64,000 bases of DNA from Octopus sinensis (lineage: Eukaryota). The DNA lies in contig NC_042997.1 in assembly GCF_006345805.1 (NCBI RefSeq), positions 18,662,001-18,726,000 of the forward strand, written 5' to 3'. Positions 12,766-25,060 of the stretch are shown in pieces. Made by a program: the position numbers and the translations under genes. Under the pieces are notes generated by a model that was given only the letters and a program-made list of their open reading frames with translations, had not been told where the DNA came from and searched no databases. Numbering within the stretch: position 1 is the first letter of the stretch; each line of letters opens with the position of its first letter.

Positions 12766-13130
12766 AGGTATTTAAAAGTGTAAGAAGTTTACTGAAAGAT
12801 ATAAGATGAAGAGGGAAAATTTATATGATAATGTCTCATTTGAAATTATGGATTTTAGAAAATTAATGTGAATTTCTTCAAATCTATTTCCTCAGCTTCA
12901 ATAATCTCTAAACAATAGCAGCAAATACAGAAAAATAAAAGAAAAAGCAAATGTAAAACTTTTATATTATTGTATAAAAATAATGAGATTATCGATGCAG
13001 AAATAGCATTTTCTTTGCAAGTTAATATTATTCTTAGAGTGAAATATATTTTCTCCAGCAATGATAGTCATTAATGTATTGCTTGTCATAGTTCATATAC
13101 TAGTATATTGACTCATTAATATCATATTGC

Positions 13131-13164
<34 letters not shown>

Positions 13165-13230
13165 CACACACACATATTCTTTTACTAGATTTAATCATTG
13201 GATTGCAGCCATTCTGGGAGACTGCTTTAA

Positions 13231-13450
13231 CCCTTTCGGTACTGCATTTATTTTGAGACTCTCTGTGGTTCTTTCAATTACTTTAAATATAACAAAGAAT
13301 TTAGTAAAGTAACTTAGTTATCATTCAGCTAGTGTTAGGAACATTAATTGTGACTAAGGTTTGGTGGAAGATTTTTATTCAAAACATATGAAAACAAGAC
13401 ATTTGTACTCAGAGCCAGAACCGGTTTCAGTCGGGTTGGTATCAAAAGGG
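13231..13450. mobile_element. piggyBac-type MITE
   Basis: TTAA at 13227-13230 and 13451-13454; termini CCCTTTCGGTAC / GGTATCAAAAGGG. Confidence 0.82.
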
Positions 13451-13573
13451 TTAAGTGTTTTAGCTAACTATGCTTATTTCAATCTAGTACTTAGTTTATT
13501 TCTCTTTATGCTACAAATCACCAAGTTGCAGTTTATTTCATAGTCAAACCCAACAGACTAGCTTGAATTTATA

Positions 13574-14355
13574 CAGGGTGCATAAAATATTTGAGGACAG
13601 ATTTATATTTATAAAAAAACAACAGATATATAGTAACAAGATATGAGGATAAAAATAAATCTTCTTTTAAAAAATGTTTTTCAATAAAGCCACCTTCAGC
13701 TTCAACAACTGCTTCTGTATGAGACCTAAATCCTCTTCATGTTCGAATCAAGTGGTCCTGGTTCATTTTGGATATTACTCTGACTATGGCAGTTTTCAAA
13801 GAATCTTTGGTGTTATGGGCATGTTCACTGACCTCTCTCTCAACCATGCTCCACATGTAATAGTCCAATGGATTGAGATCTGGGAAATTAGGAGGCCAAA
13901 TGTTAGGGTTTATGTGTTTATGAAAATTTTCATCTCTCCATTCTTGTGTTACTAGAGCCATGTGTGATAGTGCAGAGTCTTACTGAAACACATATTGCCT
14001 TCCCTTGCATACACTGTCTATCCAGGGCTTAACAATTGTTTCCAGGACCTCAATGTAGGTTGCAGAGTTAACTCTAAGGCCTTGTGAAAAGAAGTAAGGA
14101 GGTATCACATGTTTTTCATTGCTGACAACCCCTAAAACCATGACAGTTGCAGGAAATTTTGTATGTATAACACTTGGAACTTTAGAAGGGTCTGCATATA
14201 ACCATCTGCCATTTCTTCTGTTAACTTTTTGATCTTGGTGAAAATTTTTCTCCTTTGAGAAAAGCCAAATCAAATCTTGTGCTGGATTTTTCTGTTTGTT
14301 TAAGAGCCTTTTAGATCTGATGTAGTGATTTTCTTTCCTCCTCATCATATAAGAC
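13574..14355 (-). mobile_element. Tc1/mariner superfamily transposon relic, maT/DD37D-like
   Basis: KFPATVMVLGVVSNE, KPWIDSVC...YVFQ, WPPNFPDLNPLDYYMWS; end TA|CAGGGTGCAT; homologous to 60770-61830. Confidence 0.85.
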
Positions 14356-14401
14356 TTATATCTGATGTCATCATGGGCAACATTTCCATTCCTTCTGACA
14401 C

Positions 14402-14466
14402 ATAATAATAATGATGTTGATGATGATGATGATGATGATGATAATGATAATAATAATAATAATAAT

Positions 14467-14540
<74 letters not shown>

Positions 14541-14552
14541 TAATAAATAATA
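14402..14552. repeat. (GAT)n-(AAT)n repeat
   Basis: Direct reading. Confidence 0.95.
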
Positions 14553-15575
14553 ACACCGAAAATACCTTAGGAATAAGAACCTAGGTTTGAAATTTTCTCA
14601 TGACACCTAATGAAGGAAGACTGGAGGGTATATCAGCTGAAACGCTGTGTTAACAACAAACACAATGAGGACAAATATCCATCAAATGTAAATAATGTAA
14701 ATAATGTGCATAATTCCTCATCTGTTAAATATAGAACTGGTGTACATTGATATTTAAATAATTTAATTTAATTCAATCATGAATTTACATCATTATTATC
14801 ATATCTCTGTAGAAAATGATCGTCTGCCAGAATTAAACATCTTATATACTTTAACAACTTGTCTCCTCCATTTTTAACTAAATTGATGAGTTTTATGGGA
14901 CTTCATTCCATAAATTCACCATACATTATATACAAGTACTACTTTCATACCTTCAGAAATTTACACCTGTAAACTCCCAGCATAATATGAAGAGTCAGCA
15001 TTAGAATCCTTGTTTGGAAACATCCAAATTAAAGGATGAATCCACATTCAACCTTTATACATCTATATTACTATTACCATTTTAATAACCTATATTAATA
15101 AGAACTTAATTTCTAAAAAATAAAGAAAAAAATGGAGATGATTGAAATGGAAACATCTCTTAAGGATGTACCTTTGCCTACTCATAAGGAGTACATTAAG
15201 GAGATCATAGCTAAATTTCATGATCTCACCAGAAGAATGAAATGGAAGGCTTTATTCCTTAGCAAAGAAAATAGTATGGAAGAAAAATTAGACAATAAAA
15301 CAAAGAACTCATTAAAATTAGAAGTAATTTTAAATCCTGGAAAGTCGCCCCAGCAAACCGTATATTGGAAAATTTTGAAGACGACCTATGGAATCTACTT
15401 AGAAATATTAAGTCTCAGAAAAACATTTTCAGGAATAAACACCTATGTAATTTGAATCATAAAGTTAATGAATTTCGAAAATTGAAGGGTATTATCATAT
15501 AGACTGATAGAACCAGAAATCTATACAACATAGATGTAGATCTTATACCATAATCTCCTACACAAAGAAATTACA

Positions 15576-15617
<42 letters not shown>

Positions 15618-16958
15618 AGACAATAAACAAAGATGTTCTTAAATCCATTAATATTAAAGCCGAAGAAATTAATAAGTGAATATGGAATTGATGACATAAC
15701 TGAAGTTTATGAACCATTTAGATCTAGAATTAGCCTAAAAGACCACAAACCTAACTTTCACACAGATCCAAATGTAAGGCTCATCTGCCCTTGTAAATCT
15801 GACCTAGGAAAATTAAGCAAAATTTTTATAAACAAATACCTGCAATTACTTAGATCCAAAATAAATCTCCACCTGTGGTCAAAAACACTAGATGCAATTA
15901 ACTCATTCACTAATCTACAAGATAAGAAAAATTGTAAATTCATCCAACTGGATGTAAACAGCTATTACCAATCTATTAATCCTATCTTACTAAATAAGGC
16001 ACTTATCTTTGCCAAGAAAAGAACTAAATTATCAATGAAAGAAATTAAAATCATACTTGAAGTTAGAAAGACTGTAATATTACATGAAGGTAAATATTGG
16101 ACCAGGAAAGACACACTAGACTGCTTCGATGTACCCATCAACACAGAGGTAACCGTCTTAGTTGGGATTTACCTGCTACACCAATTTAAAGAAGAATTCC
16201 CTGAATTAGAAGGTAGACTATACTGTTCTTAGTTAGAAACACCTCCAACAGAAAACTAGAACTCTACAAAAAGTGACTACATACTTTTTTTAAAAACCAA
16301 TGACTATCTATTATCATTGAAAATGATAACAACTCAGTTAACTTCCCAGGCATCAACTTCAATCTTAATACTTCTACCCACCATCTTTACCATAAACCTA
16401 ACACCAATTAACATATATAAATGTGCATAGCAACCATCCAAATAACATTATAGAAAACCTAACCACTAACATAGAGTGAAGAATAATTCTACTATCACCT
16501 AATGAGGAAATATTTAGCAACCATAAGGGCTATTATAACCTGGCACTTAAGAAGGCAGGATATAATTATGAAATTAAGTATAATAAACATGACTGTACCA
16601 ATACTAATCATATCAAACATTATCTTGAAACGAATAACGTAGATAATATTAGTGAACCCAAGTCACCTGATGAAATACTAAACCCCAATAAACGTATAAC
16701 AAAAACTTTCAATAAAAATCATAAACATAACATCAGCAAAAACATGACAATCTTCACTACAATAACTATACTAAAAAAAACAACCAATAAGAGAACCACA
16801 ACCAAAAGTTTACTAACGAAAAGAATAGAATAAATTTTAGTAATTTCCACCTTCCTAACCACACTAATATTAATAAACGTAGGAATGCTGACAACGAACA
16901 CCAAAACTGTATAATTAGAGATAAAAATAGCAACATTAAACCAACAAACCATTACATA
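14553..16958 (+). mobile_element. Penelope-like retroelement: 5' pLTR plus disrupted RT ORF; endonuclease domain not seen
   Basis: SLKDVPLPTHKEYIKEIIAKFHDLTRRMKWKALF (15132), SLKDHKPNF..NVRLICPCKSDLGKLSK, FIQLDVNSYYQSI, and thumb YHKPN..TYINVHSNHP; (TA)n insertion near 15577, frameshifts, YxDD motif lost. Confidence 0.85.
14602..14651 (+). ncRNA. Degenerate minimal type-I hammerhead ribozyme
   Basis: GACAC-CTAATGA-[CTG..CAG stem II]-GAAA-CGCT-GTGTT; G5>A and a substitution at U16.1 make this copy probably inactive. Confidence 0.55.
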
Positions 16959-17805
16959 TCCTTCTCTGAGGCAACCTTCGATGCAGCTTTGACCGATAGT
17001 ACTCCTAGGAGTGGTTAGGTCAAGATCGGGATTAGTTGCTGCCCTTCAGAGGCTCCTGAGCCCTCTTTCACTAGGTTAGCTTAGGCTTAGGTTAAGGCTT
17101 AGTTGTGATCCAAACATAACCTCTTTTGACATAGAGGATCGGGAGCCCTTTTGGGCATTCTATTTTCCTTGCTGGAAGGGTTCCCTACCTATGGGCTAAG
17201 GGAGGTTAGATGATGGGGTAGTGGTTTCGAAAGGGCCAGCATGTGCAATCTGATCACCTCTGCCAGTCAAACTCTCAACCCATGCGTTCCCATCACAACA
17301 CTGATTCTGCAGAACTGGGTTGGGTTTGAAAACCAACTTTAAAGTATAAATATAGATTTTTTGAATCAGCAATGTTGTGTTCGGTTAAGTCCTATTTGGG
17401 GTGAAAAATCAATAAACTGATTCCTTATGGGGGTTTCCATTCAATCAGGAAGAAAAATGAGTAAACCAATTCCTTATAGGATTTCTCACTAAAGTTAGCT
17501 ACACCCCATTTTCAACCATAACTTTTCCCAATTTTGATGTATTTTGTTCAAACTTGATGCTGGCATTACTTAGGACCCATGAGATCTTGGAATGCTTTAA
17601 ATTCTCCAAAAAAAAAAAAGATGAGTGGAAAAATCGATAAACCAATTCCTTATGTCTGCAACCCATTTTCAGCCAAACATTTACCAATTTCAATGGATTT
17701 TGCTAAAATTTGATGTCGGTGTTACTTAGTTTGGTTTGAAACAAAGTGCTTGATTAGCTTAATAATCCTAACTTAATTCCAGGCAATGGCGGGCTATACT
17801 GCTAG
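16959..17805 (+). mobile_element. Probable non-autonomous Helitron
   Basis: 3' end CCAGGCAATGGCGGGCTATACTG-CTAG|T (hairpin remnant plus CTAG); candidate 5' A|TC at 16958/16959 where composition switches; internal AAACCAATTCCTTAT-like repeats x3. Confidence 0.6.
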
Positions 17806-17810
17806 TATAT

Positions 17811-17856
<46 letters not shown>

Positions 17857-19422
17857 ATATAAGGTTCGTCATTTCAAGAACCGAAACATGTTAAATAAAT
17901 AATGTATATATAAAAATCAAAATTTCTAATATAGCAGCATTTTGAAACTTCATTTTTTACAAATATATATATATACTCATAAATCTGGATCTTTCCCCTA
18001 TTTGTACCTACTATGTCTCAATTTTCTGTCCCTTTTAAGTACAAAGTACTCTCTCATCTTTTTGTTATCCATTCCCATATTCACTGTATCATGAAATAAA
18101 ATAAAACATTAAATCTATCTGTCTGAATACACCTATACCACTACATTTATCTCATCACAAGTCTTAGCCTCCAAGTATTAGGCTTCAGTAACAATAGATA
18201 GCATTGCACCAGATATGATAGTATCTGATACCACCTACTCTCTTTTTTTCTCTTTCTCTGTTTCCCAATTTTTCTTTCACTTTCATTAATAATTATGTAG
18301 CTGCCTTAGTATCTCTCTCACATCACTATGCCTCAGTAACAAGCAAAGAATTGCATCAGATATTATATTATCTGATAACCCTGCCGATTCTTTCTCTTTT
18401 CTACAATATGCATTTTCTCAAAAGTATATCACCCGCATCAATCTCACTGCTCTTGGAGGATGTGAGAAGGTCAACAGTACTGCCCAGTCTGCCAAAACAT
18501 GCCATGTAAAAGCAAATTTTAATTAGGTAATAAAAAACTAATTATAGAATTCTGAACTGAAGCTCAAACGAAGATATAAAATGAAATTCTGTTCACTAAT
18601 TATAGATAATAGCTGCTTTAGTAGAGCTCATCCTGGCAAAATGAACTTCTGCTCAGCAACATAACAAATATAGAATGCTTCTTTTGTCTCAGCATAACAA
18701 GAAAGCAAGGTGCTAGATCATTCCTACTCTTTATCAAAGTGATGTTTATTTGCACATTGTACTTACAGTGTTTATTTCCAACTAAGGTTGAAATAGAAAC
18801 TGTGACAGGATATAAACAATTTTATCTCAAGGGAGGTGACACCATTTAAATCAGAGCTAGATAATGTGAAGAGTTGTTAGGCTAGAAATATCTCTTGAGT
18901 TTTTACAAATTAGACTTTTAATACAGTTTGATAACAGGATAACTTTTAATGACTATTTAGGGAATATTCTAATTACATCATCAACATCATCATCATCATC
19001 ATCATCATCATCATTGTCATCATCATCATTATCTATGTCATTATTTTAACATCCCTTTTCCATACTCACATGAGTCTGAGGAATTTCATTAAGACAGATT
19101 TTCTGCAGCTGGATGCCCTTCTTATTGCTAACTTTCACCTGTTTCCAGATAAAATGATATTTTCATATTGCTGGATATGCTTCACAGAAGATTGAACATC
19201 AAGTACACCATTTATATGACAGTGATGCTCGCTTACAACTATTAGATTATGTCCTGACAATGACACACACAGATGCCTCTACACATGCACACATATATAC
19301 TTTTAGATGTTTATATATATATATATATAAAATATTATTAGAGACAAAACCACTATTTTGCAAAACAAACAAGGAAAGACTTAATCAATACGTAAAATTT
19401 TAATAAATAGTCAAAAAAACCG

Positions 19423-19465
19423 CCACTACAATTGTTTCTTGTCTTGATCGACAATCTTCAGGTGG
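19423..19465 (-). ncRNA. Minimal type-I hammerhead ribozyme, intact core
   Basis: CCAC-CTGAAGA-TTGTC-GATCAA-GACAA-GAAA-CAATTG-TA-GTGG: stem I CCAC/GTGG, 5-bp stem II, palindromic stem III, GUA cleavage triplet. Confidence 0.85.
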
Positions 19466-22400
19466 ACTTCCAATCTAAAATATCAATATTTTAAAATATA
19501 AAAATAATAATTTTAAAATAATTAAAGTATGAATGAAAAAATATAAATATATAATCCATATATAACCTATATATAATCCATATATAATCAATATATAAAC
19601 AATATATAAACTAAAATAAACCTATCAACAATTAAATATAAAATATAAAATATAAAATATAAAACAAAACAAAAAAATAACAATAATATAATAATAAACT
19701 ATATATACACCATACACATATACCTAATTATATATAACCATATCTAACTACATACACTAAATCACACCCCTATATATATATCCCTATACATACACATAAA
19801 AACGTCTAGGCAACTATAAATAAATAAAATAGCTAAATACTTCAACACAATACTTATTCATACTCCCACACCACACACTACAACCCACATTCACGCTCTA
19901 GAAAACGGACATCACTTAAAATTATGAACGGAGAATGGAATAAATGGAATTAAAAATTATATTCACTTGGTAAAACGAACACTACTTAAAAATTATGAAT
20001 GAAACAATGCGATAAAACAACAGACATCGCAAATAGACACAAATTACTACGAATTCCTTAACAAACCTACCATGATAAACCAAAACTCATAAAACATATA
20101 ATGATAAATCTCCCTTTACTAAACTCTAAACATACCTATATAGCAATCCCCCTAACCTAAACATTCACACACAAATACACACACAAACCACACACCCACG
20201 ACATATACAAATACCCACACCACTTACACATACCTATACATACATATAAACCTCAACATATACTCAAAAACCCACTCAACCCCACACAGACAAATAAACA
20301 ACAAAATTATCACTACACTCAATGTATACTCTCACCCATCCGCACGGATTGAAAGCGAATCTCCGGTGTATATGTTGAGGCTTATATGTAGCGCTGTGGA
20401 GTTGACCGTCGTTGAAATTGTGAATGAATGGGTGGAGTTGGGAATTGTAACCGGGTGGTGGGCTAGCGTTGCTTGGAATTGGGAATGGAATAGTGTAGTA
20501 GTAAGGCAGGTATCGAGAATAGATTTGGGTTACTGCAAGTTGTTTGTTAGAGCTGCTAAGATGAGCTAAAGCTCATAATTGTATATAATAATTTATTATG
20601 GTAGTTTTATTAAAGAATCCATTCATAATAAATTTTGTTTAAGTAGTGTTGGTTTGCCACGTGGATATAGTTTTTAGTTCCATTTATTCTATTTCTCCAT
20701 TCATAATTTTAAATGACGTTTACTTTCCATGGCGCGTATTCTTTTTTTTTTACATAAGTTATATTTCTATGGTAACGTAATTTTGGTTTGGTTTTTTTAA
20801 CGGCTAAGAATTTAATTTCACTTCACTTCAAATTTAACTGACTTGTAAGTATGTATTTTATTTCTCCTTATGTCATATTGTTATTTTTGATATTCTGGTT
20901 AATTACGATGTGTTTAATGTTGTTTTTTATTGGAGTGTTTATGTATATGATATTGTGTGTGAGTTTTTAGTTGTATAATTTATTTATCTGTATGAGTGTG
21001 GGTGTGTAAATATTGTTGTATATATCGAGTTTAGTGAGTATGTATATGCGTATATGTGAGGGAGTATATGTATCTGTTGTGTGTGTGGTGTTTTGCGTGT
21101 GTGTGTGTTTGTGTGTGAATGTGTATATGGGTTTGTTATTTAGGTTTTGGGATGTATGTGTTAATTTGTCTGTGTGGGGAGGGAGTGGGTTTTTGGTGTA
21201 TATTGAGGTTTATAAGTTAGTATAGGTATGTGTATAAGTCGTGGGTCTGTGGTTTACGTGTGTGTTTTTTGTGTGTGAATGTTTAAGTTAGGGGGATTGC
21301 TATATAGGTTTGTTATAGAGTTTAGCAAAGGGAGATTTTATCGTTATATGTTTTTAAGAGTTTTGGTTTATCATGGTTTTTTTTAGGGAATTTGTGGTAA
21401 TTTGTCTATTTTCGATGTTGGTTGTTTTATTACATTGTTTCATTCATAATTTTTCAGTGGTGTTCGTTTTGCCACGTGAATATTATTTTTAATTCCATTT
21501 ATTCCATTCCATCCATTCATTATTTTAAAAGATGTTCGTTTCCAGAGCGGTTATACTTTTTATACATATGTTAAGTTCCTTGGTAAAGTAATTTTGTTTG
21601 GTGTATTGTTGAGGCTTATATGTACTTGTGGGTGTGTGTGAGTGGGGTGGGTGTTTGTATTTGTTATGGGTGTGTGGTTTACGTGTGTGTATTTGTGTGT
21701 GAATGTATACGTTAAAGGGATTGCTATATAAGTATGTTATAGTGTTTTAGTAAAGGGAGGTTTTATCATTTATGTTTTGTGAGTTTTAGCTTATCATGGT
21801 AGTTTTATAAAAGAATCCATTCATAATTTTTGTGTTTATTTGTCTGTGTGGGGTTGAGTGGGTTTTTGGAGTATATGTTGAGGTTTATATGTATGTAAAG
21901 GTATGGGTGTAAGTGGTGTGGGTATTTGTATATGTCGTGGGTGTGTGGTTTACGTGTGTGTATTTGTGTGTGAATGTTTAGGTTAGGGGGATTGCTATAT
22001 AGGTATGTTATAGAGTTTAGTAAAGGGAGATTTATCATTATAGTTTTTATGAGTTTTGGTTTATCATGGTAGGTTTTTAAGGAATTCGTAGTAATTTGTG
22101 TCTATTTGCGATGTCTGTTGTTTTATCGCATTGTTTCATTCATAATTTTTAAGTAGTGTTCGTTTTACCAAGTGAATATAATTTTTAATTCCATTTATTC
22201 CATTTCTCCGTTCATAATTTTAAGTGATGTCCGTTTTCTAGAGCGTGAATGTGGGTTGTATGTGTTTTTGTGTGGGGTATGAATAAGTATTGTGTTGAAG
22301 TATTTAGCTATTTTATTTATTTATAGTTGCCTAGACGTTTTTATGTGTATGTATAGGGATATATATATAGGAGTGTGATTTAGTGTATGTAGTTAGATAT

Positions 22401-22681
22401 GGTTATATATAATTAGGTATATGTGTATGGGTGTATATATAGTTTATTATTATATTATTATTATTTTTTTTTTTTTGTTTTTATTTTTATTTTATATTTT
22501 ATATTTTATATTTAATTGTTGATAGGTTTATTTTAGTTTATATATTGTTTATATATTGATTATATATGGATTATATATAGGTTATATATGGATTATATAT
22601 TTATATTTTTTCATTCATACTTTAATTATTTTAAAATTATTATTTTTATATTTTAAAATATTGATATTTTAGATTGGAAGT

Positions 22682-22723
22682 CCACCTGAAGATTGTCGAT
22701 CAAGACAAGAACAATTGTAGTGG
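22682..22723 (+). ncRNA. Hammerhead ribozyme, second-arm copy with 1-nt deletion (GAA instead of GAAA)
   Basis: Identical to 19423-19465 except one A missing from the GAAA run. Confidence 0.7.
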
Positions 22724-22920
22724 CGGTTTTTTTGACTATTTATTAAATTTTATGTATTGATTAAGTCTTTCCTTGTTTGTTTTGCAAAATAGTGGTTTTG
22801 TCTCTAATAATATTTTATAATATTTTACTATAAAATTGGATTAATCCTAAATCTGATTTTTTCCCTGTAAATTTGGATTTATTCCCTAATATTTATTTTA
22901 TATATATATATATATATATA

Positions 22921-23480
22921 TAGGGGGGCAAAGGAAAGTGATTGCGTCTCTCATAGCCTCTCCTCTCCAGGTGTAATGATCGCTGCAGAACTTCTACTTG
23001 GCTGCGCCTTGTGGAAAGTTCTTGCTAATGGCCTCTCCTGCACTACTGTGTCCACAGCAGCACCTTCACACGGTACACCCTGTTCTCACTGAGCCTGCTG
23101 TTTGGCGCGACCGGGTACTTGGCAGTATAACCAGGTGGGCAGACTGGGCTCGTTAGCCTTGGTTGGCAGCCAGTCTAGGAGAAGGAAAACTCTGACTCCA
23201 AACCTTCGCTCCGCTGCCTTGCGGATGCTCTTGGGAGAGGGAAAGGCTATGGGAGTAAACCCAGACAGAAAATCCGGAGTGGAGCCCCGAAGGCGGTAGG
23301 GTGTCGAATCTCGACCCTTTTCCGGCAACTCCTGCAGCCAACCAGACTCCAAACGTACTGCACTGCATTCCTTTGGATTATGTCTGGGGGGGCCGAGAGG
23401 GAGATTCTGGTGTCTGGGCAGCCCAGTGTCTTTGTTCCTACCGCCCAGGCTTGCGCCATGGAGAAACTACTCCATCGATG
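22921..23480 (+). mobile_element. GC/CpG-rich RTE-related 5' leader fragment, young
   Basis: Contains GGCAGCCAGTCTAGGAGAAGGAAAACTCTGACTCCAAACC, recalled as typical of RTE 5' UTRs and RTE-related SINEs; embedded in (TA)n. Confidence 0.55.
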
Positions 23481-24862
23481 GATATATATATAATTATCAT
23501 TTGAGGGAATATAAATCCAAACTTACAGGGAAAAATTCAATTTACATATACTAAATTAAATTTCACACAATATAATATATATATAAAAAATTAGAAAAAA
23601 AACACTTTTTATCAATTCAAAATGAACAATCAAATTACACCATCTAGAAAATTACATATAATAGAAATATTAAAATAAAATAACACTAAAATGTCAATGA
23701 TTAAGTAAATTGCAAAAAAAAAATAATAAAAACGTATATAATTGGTAGAATAATGACACATGTTTCGTGGCTGTATATATGCTACCAAATCTACTTACAA
23801 GGTTCTGAATGTCTTGGGTCTATAGCAGAAAACACTTGCCTAAGGTGTGAGGCAATGGAACTGAACCTGAAACCAAGTGGTCGTGAAACAAACTTTGTCA
23901 CCAAACAGCCATGCTTACTTCTAGGAGGAAATAATTATTTTGATTTTGTTTTGTTTTAAATTATCAACAGCGAATTGTTTAAAGGGAAACATACAGAATA
24001 TATAAAAGTTGATTATGAATATTCATGTAACAAGAAATAATATGCCTAGAGGAAGAAAATGCTCTACCTGAAGTCACAAATTATTTTGTTATTTTAAACT
24101 GACTTTTTCTAGCTGTATTTTATAATTTGATTACATTTTAAGAGTAAAATATTTTGAAAATATTCAAAAATACAACTTTTATTTTATTTTTCTAGGAATA
24201 TGTTTCGAAAATCAAAAATAATCACAGCTTGTATTCAATAGCATAAAAAGATTTAAACAACTTTACTGCTTTATCTGGAAAAAATTTCTCAAATTAAAAC
24301 AATGCCATTTTATAAAGTAGTTTTATAATAAATTGAATTGAAAATCACATTACATTAGTTTCTTCTATTATTTTATCTTTTCAATTTTATGTTCCAGTTC
24401 TTTACATTTTAGTTGCATCAGCCTTCCACTTTGAACATTGAAAATGTAGTATTAGAGAAATTCTAGTTGTATCAGATATTCTAGGAAAATATATTTGATA
24501 GAAAATTAGAACTAGTACCAACTTTTGACTTAAGTGGACTGGAACATTTGGAGTAACTTACTAAACGTTTACTTATATACTTAACTAATGAGCCACTTTG
24601 CTTTGATATAGTGTTTAAACTATTTCCTTCTCCTTTCCTTTGCTGTTTTGGCATATAAAAAGACATGCAATAAATCAACTTCAGACCATTGAATCCTCAA
24701 TATTTCTGCAAGCACACAGTGCTTTACTCAGCCTGTTTAAAGGTGATAAATAATATTTAACAATTAAATCCTGTTATTAATTAAAAGAAAAATATATGGG
24801 TACTGTCATTGTGATGCATTCTAAACTATTTAATCTTTCTTTCAATAATAGGATTTATGTTA

Positions 24863-25060
24863 AGGTGGTGAGTTGGCAAAATTGTTAGCATACTGGGCAA
24901 AATACTTACTGGCATTTTGTCTGTGTTTATGTTCTGAGTTCAAATTCTGCCAAGGTCAGCTTTGCCTTTCATCCTTCTAGGGTTGATAAAATAAATACTG
25001 GAGTAAGTATAATCAACTTACAGCCTCCCCCGGAAACATTCTGACCTTGTTCCAAAATCT
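24863..25060 (+). mobile_element. SINE family S1, decayed
   Basis: GGTGGTGAGTTGGCAAA head, GAGTTCAAATTCTGCC, TTTGCCTTTCATCC. Confidence 0.7.

Larger units (their letters stand above)
19328..22817 (+). mobile_element. PLE-type element: inverted copy of its 3' ~1 kb followed by a 5'-truncated body with no recognisable coding sequence
   Basis: 19328-20310 is the reverse complement of 21823-22817; a hammerhead lies in each arm; short duplicated tail TAATATTTTA at 22808-22827; no RT/EN motifs found. Confidence 0.75.

Noticed and set aside
10775-12783. Many YI/IY-repeat ORFs (also at 45583-47168 and 57997-58862)
   Set aside because: Microsatellite read-through.
15633-16232. Functional reverse transcriptase or in-frame selenocysteine TGA
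   Set aside because: Frameshifts, a (TA)n insertion and loss of YxDD; no in-frame TGA within the conserved RT segment.
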